Assembly: GCF_018350175.1 (NCBI RefSeq)
Contig: NC_058368.1
Span: 146,074,001-146,138,000 of the forward strand
Direction: 5' to 3'
Origin: Felis catus
Lineage: Eukaryota
Length of the DNA stretch: 64,000 nucleotides
Part shown: piece after piece, positions 23,853 through 36,172 of the stretch
Numbering within the stretch: the first letter of the stretch is position 1
Layout of the letters: every line of letters starts with the position of its first letter
The notes under the pieces: generated by a model
Database searches by the model: none
What the model was told of the DNA's origin: nothing
What the model saw: only the letters and a program-made list of their open reading frames with translations
Made by a program: the position numbers and the translations under genes

Positions 23853-26800
23853 AATACGGACTCTGAAGGACTATTATAATAAGGAATAAAGTTTGTAAAA
23901 TGCCTTCATTAAAGCGATGCTTAAAAATGGTAGCCATTACCATTACCATCACAATACCTACAGAGATGCTGTAGCTCTTACAGAGCAGGAATCCCTGAAA
24001 CAGCAGTGTGAGAACAGCATGCGGTTTAGCAAACATGTTTGAAAGGATAGACAGTGAACGAACGATCAGCCTCCAGGTCCTGCTCACCAAGGAAATGCTG
24101 ATGATTCTTAACCAGAGGTACAAGGGCGGGGTGCTGCTCTTCTTAAGTGCTGGGCACGCTCTCCGTACCCCAAGATGTATGCCCACTTGGCACTTCGGAC
24201 CCTGATTATTGTTCTCAGGGGGTTTTCAGTCTTTGCCTGCACCACACAGTCTGTAAATACTGACTTTACCAACAGGCCTTCACGAAAAGCTCTGATTCAG
24301 TCCTTTACGTTCAGCAAAATGCCAACAGCCTGCCTAACTGCACTGTAAACCTCTGTCTCTCCAGCTAGGTAACTCTTCTCTCTGACCCAATACTGATTCT
24401 CAGGGGACAGACCTGGGGATTCTAAGTGCCCCTTTGGTGGGAGGAACAACTTCCTGGTAGGAGTCTGACCTAATGTGTTCCCTGTGGGCAGTACTTTGGG
24501 GGGTACCTGAGCCCCTTCCTCTAGCAACAGCAGTAAGGCAACAGTTTTCCTGTTGAATCACTTCACACGCAATACTGTGAGGGCTACGGAAAATAACCCA
24601 GTGTGACACATCACCTGTTTCTGTCTCTGAAAATGATATTCTGGGGGAATTTAATGGCAAATACAATAAAAGCACCAGTATATAGTTAAATTCAAACACT
24701 GAAAAATTAGCACATTGACTGCTTCTAACTACCTCCATTTATTCTGGAACTCGGTGTCTAGCAGGACAATTCCATGGTAATTTTGCAATATGTTGCTTTC
24801 AGCATGGGAAGGCAAATAAAAAGTTCATTCCCTGACTGCAGAGAATGGGTGGCTGGTGGCGGTGGGGGGGGGGGGGGGGGGGGAACACAACAACTTGTTA
24901 AATATTAAAAAAAAAAATTTAGTCATCAAAAGTGAAAGTGCTTAACAAGAGGAAAGACTTGACAGAAAATAATATCTAGACACAGCACAGGGCTTCTCGC
25001 TTGTGATGAGTTTGCAGCCTAAATAGTAAAATGTGCTCTTTCCTAGTCCACCTTGTTTCCACAGAGACCACTGCTGACAAACAGCCTGTCACCAACAGTT
25101 AGCGCCCTTTGTCTGCCCTGGATGCTGAAGGCTCTGTGAGCAAAGAATGAGCAAATGTGGAATAAATGTTAGCTGCTGATTTCATTCGCACTTGGAACCT
25201 TATCTCTCTCACCTCTGAGTCACTAAGGAGCTCTCAGACTTGCCTCAATCTGATTCACTTTACAGTTCTACTTTGCTTCTGTCTACTTTTCCTTCTTTAT
25301 GCAATAGAAAGAATGCACTACAGGATGCTGCTGTGTTCTTCATTTGTTTGCTCGGGTCTTAGTTCAAACTTCTCTATTATTTATTCTCTTTACAAAAACC
25401 ATATATGTGCCACAAGCTATTCCAACAATATAGAAAGATGGAAGGGAAAACATTACAAATCACTGATAATCTCATCTTTTAAAAAATGACCACAAGTCGC
25501 ATCTTGATGTAACTTTGTCCAGATTTTTCTTTGCTTCCCCCTCCTTATTTATTTATTCTCTGTTTGTTTCACCCACTTATTTGAAATGCCTCTTACACAG
25601 CAAATTCCGAAATATTCACAGGCATGTTTCCAGGCTCATTTCCAGTGATTGATTTCGTATTGACTCAGAGTTCGGAGGGCTCTTTACATCCTTCACAATG
25701 TGATTTAAGATGGAGGGTGTGCACTGGATAGGAAGAGAACCCATCCATCTGTTATGAGAGCTCTCAGTCCTTGTTTTACTAGACCAGCTTTTATCTTGGC
25801 CCAGGAATTTGGGCTTGTGTGCAAGATTTTGTTTGAATAAAGAATTACGTGGCAAAAACAAAATAAAAGAAAACTTCACCTTCTCTGTTTCATTTTTCTG
25901 CCAAGATATGAGATGTTGCTATTGTGCTTTTGTGGCAGTCAATTTGATGTGACTGCATTGATATGATTGTTGTGAAGTGAGGATGCTTTTCTATGGCCTC
26001 AAAAGCAATTGCTGCACGTATGATTCATATGTGAGTGCAGTATGAAACGGATGTCCTCACCTAATTCCTGAGCTGCCCCGGGACACAACAGACCTTTTTC
26101 TGATGTGACCTGTTGATGTTTGACTCCATCCCAGGAAGAGAACAGGGTTCTTTCTCTCAAGGTCTGTGTTCATTCCTTGCTGTTCTTACCATCCACTGGT
26201 GCTGTAAAATTGAGACCTAGCCCCTAAGGCCAGAGGACTCCACAATGGCTGACCCTGACTTGCTACTTAGAGCATCTCAGCTAATACATCATCTTTCTTG
26301 CTGTAGCAACTGTCGCCATGTAAAATATGGAACTGAGATGCCCCCGTTGCTCTTTGTCTGTTTTTATGGGCCAGAGATAGATGACCACCCTCCTTGTTAT
26401 ATCCTCCTCCCTCACATTCCCACATTCACTAATGAAACCCATTAGGATCCATGACTCATTTCTGCTCCAAGAGTAGTCATATCCCAGGATTACTGACAGT
26501 AGGACTATTTTATCTAGGTAGGGAAAAACCCCACTCTTCCTATTACCCATGACATGGCCTTGCCTCATGACCCAAGAAGGAAAATAACAAAAAAGTTTTA
26601 CAGTGGTACATCTTCTATATTTTCCCCATGAATACTTTGGCACATAGCAAAGTAAGCAAAAAGCCTGTGCATTTTTTTGAGAATTCATTTGTATATGAAA
26701 TGGTCTACTTCTCAATATTTTGATTTCTGTCCTGACTTTACTAAGATCTTATTCATTTACATTCAATTAATAGTTATTTGACTTACTAATGGCACATATT

Positions 26801-27301
26801 TGAAGATCTAAAATACGTACACCTCTGTCTTTGTAGACTTCCTCATAATTCTAAATGTATTTGAATGGATGTAAAGTAGATACTATAGGACAGTAGATGT
26901 GGGAAAAGTGAATTTTCAGACGTCAAATAAATCACTAATATTTACACAATACTTTCAATTATATATGTGGATTATATGACATTTATAATCATGGGTAGAA
27001 AGGATAGGATAAATGTATTCTTGGAGGTTAACTTACAACAGGTTTTTGAAATATTTTATTGAATTGTTATGACTGTAAAATTAATGCATATGCAATTTCT
27101 AAAATCCCAACAGTATAGTGTTGAATAAAGTGAAAGTTCTTCATCATTGGTATAAGGATTAGAGATAGAAGAAGGGTCAAGAATACCTTTGGTACACATT
27201 CCTTGATAACTAAAATTATTTTATACTTTTGTAGGATGATTTCAGTGTAACTATGCAAAAGTATCTCCGATTGGAGGTCTACATCAAAACCACACAGTTT
27301 T

Positions 27302-27543
27302 GGGGCGCCTGGGTGGCGCAGTCGGTTAGGCGTCCGACTTCAGCCAGGTCACGATCTCACGGTCCGTGAGTTCGAGCCCCGCATCAGGCTCTGGGCTGAT
27401 GGCTCGGAGCCTGGAGCCTGTTTCCGATTCTGTGTCTCCCTCTCTCTCTGCCCCTCCCCCATTCATGCTCTGTCTCTCTCTGTCCCAAAAATAAATAAAC
27501 GTTGAAAAAAAAAATTAAAAAAAAAATTTATAAAAAAAAAAAA
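27302..27543 (+). mobile_element. Young felid Can-SINE
   Basis: ggggcgcctgggtggcgcagtcgg..cagccaggtcacgatctc; TSD cacacagtttt. Confidence 0.96.
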
Positions 27544-28249
27544 ACACACAGTTTTAGTTACTATAGCTTTATCATAGGATTGCATATCTACCAGGCCAAG
27601 GGCCCACTAATTACTCTTTTATTCCCCCCTCAGGTTTTTGCTGATGAATCTTACTTGTTTATTCTTCACTATAGAATCATTCAGTCAAGAACTGAATTAA
27701 ACTTTACAGAAACAGTATGTTTGGCAGCAAAGCAAAATGACAATATCGAAAGGCATGATCTTTAAATGCAACTCTATTAAATGCTACAGGCATTTTGCTT
27801 CAGCAAGAATCACCTGAAAGTATTTTGACCTTTAGTGTCTAACATTTGTCCTTACGGTAAATTAGAATTTGCGGACACAGTTGGTGGTTCATTCTATTTT
27901 TACACTTGGTTTTACCCAGGGGAATATCTGAAAGGCGTGAGCATGCTGTCTTGATCCTTCAGCACCTCATGAAGGTGAAGTGTTATTGGATCCTAAGATG
28001 ACTGCTGCTCTCCTAATAGGAATCGTATGGTGTAAGCTGTCATGAGGGAAAAGAGTAACCGAGATGTAAGAAAGGGGAAGAAACTTTAAATTACAAATGG
28101 GGAGGTGGGCTGTTAAAGACTAATTTTGTATTTCCCACAGATTACTCTTCATTATTTCAGAAAATGTATTCAAATATATCTATACACATAGTTTCTAGGT
28201 CACAATCCAAACTTATCACCCATTCCCATTCCTCTTCTCCTTTACCTTA

Positions 28250-29150
28250 TGTTCTTTTAGGTTGCAAGGAACAGAGCCACCTTCATATTACTCTGGTTTG
28301 GGGTTTTGTTTTAAAGATACCTGGTGAAATAAGGAATCTTTCAGCTCATTTGGGTTACAAGGAACAGAGAAACTTATGATAAAACATAAGGATGTCCACT
28401 GAAATAAGAATGACAGTAAAAATAACAAAAGAGCTTTACATTGGTATATATGACACATTTTGAAGTGTGGGTTTTCTGTCCCACCTATGAGTATTTTGCT
28501 GCATAAGCAAAGCTAGGAAGCAAACAAAGGTGTGCATTTTCTGCGAATTCATTTGCATATTGAATTATCTACCTTTCAAATACTTTGATTTCTCTCTTGA
28601 CTTCACCATTGTTTTATTCATTTATATTCAACTAATAAATGATTTCATTTTTACAAATATCAGGTGCCCATTCAGGCCTCAAGAAACTAGACCAAGATCT
28701 AAAATGGCATTCAGAATACAATGCTTTCGACTCTCCTGTGTCCTCCTAGTAGGACTCAAGTCAGCATTGCTTTCACTTTTTCTGAGACCATTTAACCACT
28801 TCTAACCTCTCTGCTTCTACTCTCTCTGCTTCTGGGCATCTTCTTTCTCTTGGCACATGGCATCTCTCCACTGCCTTCTTTCTCTGTCTCCCTCATCCCG
28901 TGCCACTTTCCTCTGCCAAAGCTCTCTGGATAGCTGGCATTCAGACTCACCAAGAGAATCTGATTAGTTCAGCCTGTCACTATCTTTACTGAAAAGCTTT
29001 GTAGTATTCTTTGTATCAGGCATCAGGCCCTGGCCCAGTTAACTGTGACCAGGGCAGGGTCACCTGGCAGAAAGCATGCGTCTCTGTGCCCAGGGAATCC
29101 CCTTGCAGCTGCTTTTCTCAGAACGGCGTCACGCACATGGCAGGCCTTCA
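28250..29150 (-). mobile_element. MLT1-type MaLR LTR remnants, interrupted at ~28419-28650
   Basis: gttcttttaggttgcaaggaacagag terminus; gagaatctgattagttcagcct..cagttaactgtgaccagggcagggtcac. Confidence 0.5.
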
Positions 29151-30719
29151 GACTGGAATGGCTTGTTTAGTATGGGAAAGTTTTAGATTTTTATTCATGC
29201 TTACTAAAGAGGTCAGTCCTTGTACTGTCACAAATACTGGGCTTGACATTGGTCATTGAAATAACAGAGTGTCACATAAGGCAGCTCAAAGTAGCACATG
29301 TTGGCAGTGAAGATTTCTTGGCCTTTACCACTCACACATGTGAGTGAGTGATTCTAGCCAAGAAGGTGTAGGTGCTGGTGAGTATGGTATGTATGTGACC
29401 TTTGCTTCCCAAATCATTCCAGCCAAGGGATAGGACATCAACATCGGTAGCTGAATAGAATTTTAAAGGTTCATCCTTTTGTGTTCAGAAGGAACGGGTT
29501 CCTTCCTCAGATTTTTCACCAATAGAGTTTGGAGTTCCCAGAGGGATTCTCCCATGTGCTCTGAGAAGTAAGCCTCTCAATTGCCATGGCATGCCTGAAT
29601 TCCATCTCTCTTTTGTCTTGAATGCTGTGGTAAAGACCCTGGCTGTAGCTGATGCCAAGAGTGGCAGCTGTGTCTCCCGCCAAAAACATCACTGTAGCTG
29701 CTTCTGCTGCCGATACCGCCTACCAGAATGAAATTCCCCCTGCAGAGAAAGACATTGCTAGATCTACATCAAGTGTAACTCTGCTCAATATCCAGGGCAT
29801 GGCATCCAGTGACAGCTGCAGCAAACTCTGCTTTCCTGGTGCTGCTACTTTCATCACCAGTGATGATGTCCCTGCCATCAGTACCATTCCTGGTGCTCAT
29901 GAGCCTGGTTCTTTGCACTCTTCACACCCCAGAGAGATCTAAGGGAAAACGGCTTTTTTTTTTTTTTTTTTACTTTTACTTGTTCTTTCATTAAAATTGT
30001 ATCATCCACAAACTCAACCATGAGTCTCTAGGAAATAGGCCAGGGCATAACCTAGGTGACAAATTGTGTTCAGACTCATCCCTCCCTTCCAATATCAGTT
30101 CATTAGTTTCTCTACATTATTTTCATTTTCTTGGTGATGAGTTCTTTCCCAGAAACTTCTTGGTCCCTGTATGTAGAAATAAGATAGGCCTCATAATCTC
30201 TTTTGTCTATTTCCAAATTTGGGATAATTTTTTCTTAAAGTAATCATGTAATAAGAGAACTCAAAGTGTTCGTTGCATGTAACAGTATGGAGGGAGCTAG
30301 TGACTGTAGCAAGAATAACTGTGGTTGAATGGGGATGGGAATGAAAGGCAAACTGGATAAGTTGAAGAATAAATAAAAAATAGGCTAAAAGACACATGAG
30401 TGCAGGTGATTCTTACAAGGCTGTGGAAGGGAAATAGGGAAGTAGTTGGAAAGCATGGAGGATGGGGAATCAGGAATTTTTCTTCTTTTTTTAAAGATTG
30501 GAACGACTAGACCTGTGAGTGTTGCCCTTCCCTAGCTATTGTAGCTTTTTACACTTTCTTCTTTTACTTCCTTTCTGAGACTTCAGATGCTATGAAATTC
30601 CTGTGTGTTTTTACATAATTCCCATAGCAGCTGTGGTGGAGGGATTGACAATGCAGTATGAGCTTATATGGCTCTAAGTGACCCTATGCCACAAATCCCT
30701 TAAGAAAATTGACCACATT

Positions 30720-30975
30720 GGGGTGCCTGGGTGGCTCAGTTCGTTGAGTGTCCCATTCTTGGTTTCAACTCAGGTCCTGACCTTAGTGTCATGGGATCGA
30801 GCCCTGTGTCAGGTTCTATGCTGAGTATGGAGCCTACTTAAGATTCTTGCTCTCTCCCTTTGCCCCTCTCCCTCACTCGTGTGTATTTTCTCTTTCTCAA
30901 AAAAAAAAAAAAAAAAAAAAAAAAAGAAAGAAAGGAAAGAAGGAAGAGAAGAAAGAACAAAAGAAAGAAAGAAAA
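30720..30975 (+). mobile_element. Can-SINE with poly-A and (GAAA)n tail
   Basis: ggggtgcctgggtggctcag head; TSD aagaaaattgac. Confidence 0.92.
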
Positions 30976-32358
30976 AGAAAATTGACAATATGACCCTGCC
31001 ACCCAAGGCATCACTACTTAGACCAAGAGTGTTTCTAAAATCAGAAAGAGATGATCTGTACTTGGCAGATAACCAGTGAGGTGGGCTAGTGTAAAAGCCC
31101 TCCCCACTAAGGTTAACACCAATTAGCTGAACCAGAAGATCTCTCTTAAAAAGACTGAAAATGAGGTACATTTGCAGAGGGAATGAGCAGTTGGAAATGG
31201 GAAAAGAAGCTAAAAGACACAAAGAAGGGAGAAAAGGAGCAACCATAAGAACATGGAAGACTAAAGGGAGAAAGAAGAACTTGAGGGGTGGGGGAAGGAA
31301 TGGCAGACAGTAGTGGCAAAAAAGAGCTAAAGCACATTACAAGTACAGTGAAGTTGCTGGGATGGGTAATGCTGGCCAGAAGCCATGAGTTTCTGAGAGG
31401 CACACTACCAGAATTTCCGTCGTCTGAGTCTCCAGAGCTGCTGTTCCAAGTACTGCTTTTAGAAATGCCAGAGATTACTAGTCTCTAACAGGAAAGTCAC
31501 TACTTTTGACTGACCATCTTTCTGAACCAAGAATTGTCACCATAGTGTCTGATGAATGAAAATATGCTTTATGGGCTTGAATAAATGAAAAGAGAACTCT
31601 GCAGGCAAACCTACCTGCCAGATTAGTGTTGGACACAGCTTTCTTTATATCAACACGCTGTTGATACTGATTGCTTCCTACCTTAAAGCTTTAGAAAGTT
31701 ACACAGACTAAGCTCTTTACTGGGAATTATGGACACTCTTGATTCATAAACATCTTTAGCCCCCTAAATCCATGCTCTTGTTTACGATACTTACTTTAAA
31801 TGGGAAATAAGAGAAACATCACTTAGTTTCTTTAAAAATAATAATTTTTCTGAAACTATAGAGAATGTGTCTTTTGTAAAAACAACAAAACAAAACAAAA
31901 CAAAACATATTTATGCTGTCTTTTTATTTCCCTGTAGGGGTATTAAACACTGTGTGGTAGTCCTTTATCAACAGTGTTTATACTGCATGATTTCGTGTAT
32001 TTAGATGCTTGTAGAGTGTAAAATTATGGGTTTGGTGGTTTGTAGCCAGAATTTGCTTCCCCACTTCATCCTTGCTCTTACTTGAATTTTGAAGGGTTTC
32101 GAGAGTATGTTTTTGTTTTCCTCTGCAAAGCAGATAAAGAGTATGTAAACTCCCCCAAGGAACTCTCCTCAGATTGATAATTGGAGAAAATTCCTCTCCA
32201 TTTTGGAGCTGCACATTTTTCAAGTCAAGTCATATAAAAAGAGGATAGTTTGGGTCAGGCAGAGGGTTGGACTCATAATGTCTATAGCTTTTCCACACTG
32301 GACTAGTTCATCTGCTTGCCCTTCACCTCTTCCAGAAGAGATTTTATTCTCTTTTTAG

Positions 32359-32584
32359 TTTTTTTTTTTTTAATTTTTTTTTCAACGTTTATTTATTTTT
32401 GGGACAGAGAGAGACAGAGCATGAACGGGGGAGGGGCAGAGAGAGAGGGAGACACAGAATCTGAAACAGGCTGCAGGCTCTGAGCCATCAGCCCAGAGCT
32501 GACGCGGGGCTCGAACTCACGGACCGCGAGATCGTGACCTGGCTCAAGTCGGATGCTTAACCGACTGCGCCACCCAGGCGCCCC
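32359..32584 (-). mobile_element. Young felid Can-SINE
   Basis: TSD tattctctttttagtttt; cgcgagatcgtgacctggct. Confidence 0.95.
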
Positions 32585-33044
32585 ATATTCTCTTTTTAGT
32601 TTAAGGAGCAACCTAGAAGGCTGATTGGTTCAGAGCTGTAGAGAATATCAATTTTAGTTCATTTATTCTCTGCATGAGCCAAATATAAACTTACTTTGAA
32701 AGAAGAGTCTACAGCTGAATTGTTCACCTCTGTTCCTCTACATGGGTGTGTTACTGTGTACCCTTGAACAGGAGAACACCAGCTTTTGTCAACTTTTTGG
32801 ATTGCTCTAAGCTCATCCTGATTTTGTGACTTCTATACTTAAATCTCAGGGACTCCTGGGAGCTGAAGTCAATTTGCCTTTCAGAAGTCTTGTGTAGAGT
32901 TATAATTACTGAATCTAAATCATGCACAGCTATACGTAAATTATGGTGGTTTTAATTGTTGTTTTTGTTTTATTTATTTATTTATTTGGAGGGCTGGGAA
33001 GGTCTTTTTTTGTTTATTTGTTTGGTTGGTTTTTTTTTTTTTTT

Positions 33045-33190
33045 TTTTGGTGGCAACTAACAGAAAATCCACTTCAACTAACTCAGGCAACCGAGGCAGG
33101 GAAGGCAATTTATTGCTTTATGAAAACTAAAGATTGAAGAAGCAGAAAAGTTATGAATGCATCTGGGCCTTAAGTCAGCAGGAAACCTTG

Positions 33191-33231
<41 letters not shown>

Positions 33232-33620
33232 CCTCCCTCCCTCCCTCTCTCTCCTTTCCTCTTCTCCTACCCATGACTCACCTTTGCTCTTCTCAGGGAG
33301 TTGGCTTCATTCTCTTTCACTATAGACTTACCACTGATACCATTTCCCATTTTGTGGTTTCTATGTACCAGAGAGGTACTGAATCTCTTCTTTACGTGGT
33401 GGTTAAAGCTGCTTATGGAAAAGCTTTGCATGGCTTAGCTGGGGGAGGTGCCCACCCCTGGACTAATCTATAGTAATGCCTTGCAAGAACTTGATGGCTT
33501 CCATGGGAACCACAGGTAGGATTGGGGAGAGAAAGAGGGGAGGAGGAAGAAGTCCCAAAGGAAGGGGAGGAACAAGGATGCTTGGCATCCACAGAAAGGA
33601 ACCAGTACATGTCCATTAGA
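33045..33620 (-). mobile_element. MLT1-type LTR, degraded, containing a (CT)n microsatellite at ~33193-33250
   Basis: tggcaactaacagaaaatccacttcaact..aatttattg terminus-like sequence. Confidence 0.45.
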
Positions 33621-35199
33621 GAAATGTGGTATAGCTGTATGGATACAAGGATATTCCTTCTCTGTATTTGAGTGAGTGAACTGATCTACGTTTATTTGTC
33701 ACTGCCCCACTTCCCAAGATTGGATTTTCCCCCTTTCAAGCATGTGTAAAAATAGGCTTATTTGTATGTACTTAATGATAATTAAGATTTTTTTGGTATT
33801 ATGGGATAAGTTATACCATAAAATTCAACTTTTTCCTTCATGTACTTGATTGTTGATTGGCTGATCCTGGATCCACAAGGAAGTTTGAAGTGGCTTAAAA
33901 AGAAACACATTCAAACTCCTTTGATTATGTGTCATATGCCAAAAATAAAACAAATCTTCCACAGAGTCAGTGCCGAAAATAAACTGTAATTTCAGTCATG
34001 GAATTGAAGCATCCTGAGACTCACACTGCAGATCTCGTAAAACTGCCATTTGACTTCATTTGTATTTTTATTTTTTGACTTCAAAGGTTATGTAAGCATT
34101 GTGTAGCCCATGGCTCATCCCATTACTGGATAAAGGAAAACTTTAAAAATCTCCCAGAAGTTTCCTCTGATTATAAATGAATAGAAAGTTTGGAATTTTT
34201 GACAGTCAATGGATACATTTAACAAATGATTAGTCATTAAAAACATAAATAAAAAGAAGCCGAAGTCACCTTGGCCTTGACTGAGACTATTTTTTTTCTT
34301 CCCCTTTTAACCTTATTTGGATGGACTTAAAGCAAAATGCACTACTAAAAATTGAACAAACCACTTATCTCTGCACACTGTTCTTGTTTTCCTTTTTCCA
34401 ACATCCATCTTTTAATGCATACTGCATAGAGAGTCTGTCTTGATAGACAGAGGAACGTTTCCCACCAGAGGGCAATTTGGCAATACTTTATCTATGTAGT
34501 CTCCACTATGGATTTGCCTTAGATTAGAGAGATAATTAATAAGGACAACTCCAAATCACATAAACTGGCTACAAAAATTTCAGTAAAGAGATAAATGAAT
34601 AAATTAAATTGTCTTTTATTTACTTATTATTACTTTTTTTTTTTTTTTGGTTCATTCAACTTGCACAGACAAAGGGCAGCTAAATTCTGGATATTTCCCA
34701 AGGATTTATTGTTTGTGCTTGTCAGCACACCTGAGCAAAATCAAACTCTTAAGAATTATCTAATCTAACTTTACAGGTGGCTTCAGGGAGAAATAAATAT
34801 CTCAATGCTTACGGGCAAGTCAAGTGTAAAATATGCTTTGTGAAAATGCCTGCTAAATTTGACATGACATGCTTTATTATAACAATGGATGATCTGATAG
34901 TAAGGGCCCTCGGGCTTTTGAGGCTCAGTGGTGTCAATTTTGGGAACAAGGGTAAAAGATTTTTATCTTCAAACTTCTCTGCTATGCTTTCTTTTGGGGA
35001 TCTTTTAGGAATGTTCATAATTGTTACGCAATAAAAATAACACCCAAAAAATAGAATATCTGCCATAGCATTTTTATATGAAGGATCCAAGATTATCATC
35101 AAGCTATCAGTTTATCCTGGGATACTTAGTTTGTGTGAACTCAATTATTGGCATAAATTTTTAAAACTTAGAAGTTCGTTTCTTGACCGCTCCTATCAA

Positions 35200-35790
35200 C
35201 TTTCCATTTGTATTTGTAACAGATTTCTCAAATTTGATATTTCTTACACTGAACCCTTGATCTTCCTCCACCAATCTGGTGTACCTAAAGACATATCCAT
35301 CTCAGTAAATGGCAACTCCATATTTTCAGTTGTTCAGGCCATGATCTTGTAGTCACCCTGACTCCTATCTTTCTCTTATTTCCTAACATTCAAATGATCT
35401 GTGTATTTTATTGGTTTCATCTTGAAAATATATTTAGAATCCAATCAATTCTCACTTCTTCCATTACCACCTTTCTCGTCCAAGCAACCATCATCTATGG
35501 CGTGGCTTGTTGCAGTAGCCTTCCTGTGGCCTTCCCGTTGCACTTTCTCCAAATAGTCTATCTTCAAAAGAGCAGCCAGAGTGATACTGTAAAAACCTGA
35601 TATTCTTCTGCTTAAACTTTCCAATAACATTCCATTTCTTCCAAAGTAAAGGCCCTTCAAAGCCTTCCCGGCCCTATAAAATCCACCCTCTACCTCACCA
35701 TCTCATTCACCTCTCTGATCTCACTTCTGGGGACTCTCTACCCTGTTGAACTTCAGCCACATTGTCTTCTTTGCTATTCTTTCATTCTGA
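35200..35790 (+). mobile_element. L2 fragment
   Basis: ccatctcagtaaatggcaactccat..tcagttgttcaggcc; ccaagcaaccatcatct; agcagccagagtgat. Confidence 0.8.
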
Positions 35791-35851
35791 AGTTGCTAGT
35801 GGCAGCCCCTGTGACTATTTCCTCCGTCCTGAGTTCTCAGCTCCTGACCCC

Positions 35852-36172
35852 TGAAAGGGCGGGCCTACGCCAGCCGACTCCATCTTGTTCTGTGTCCTTC
35901 ACCTAGACCACGCCTCCTCCCCTTGAGTGACCTCCCGCTCACCCATTCAAGCTTCCTGATCAAAACACGCCACTTCCCCAGCCAATCGGCTGCCCCTAGA
36001 CCCCTATAAAACCTTTGTGCTTTTGAAACTCGCTCTCTTTCCCTGGTATCTCACTGCTGCGTCCGTGCGGGTAGGGGATTGAGCTCGAGCTAGCTCGAAT
36101 AAAGGCTCTTTGCTTTTGCATCGGACTCGGCTCCCTAGTGGTCTTTGGGGATCACGAATTCTGGGCATAACA
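35852..36172 (+). mobile_element. Solo LTR of an endogenous retrovirus, gamma/ERV1-like, young
   Basis: TG..CA termini; acccc direct repeat on both sides; CCAAT at 35982, TATAAAA at 36005, AATAAA at 36098; many intact CpGs. Confidence 0.88.

Noticed and set aside
27302..27380. tRNA genes at SINE heads
   Set aside because: The A/B boxes belong to tRNA-derived Can-SINEs followed by CT tracts and poly-A; they are not cloverleaf tRNAs.
29652..29942. 96-aa Ala/Ser-rich ORF
   Set aside because: No recognisable domain or splice context; the sequence resembles degraded MaLR LTR.
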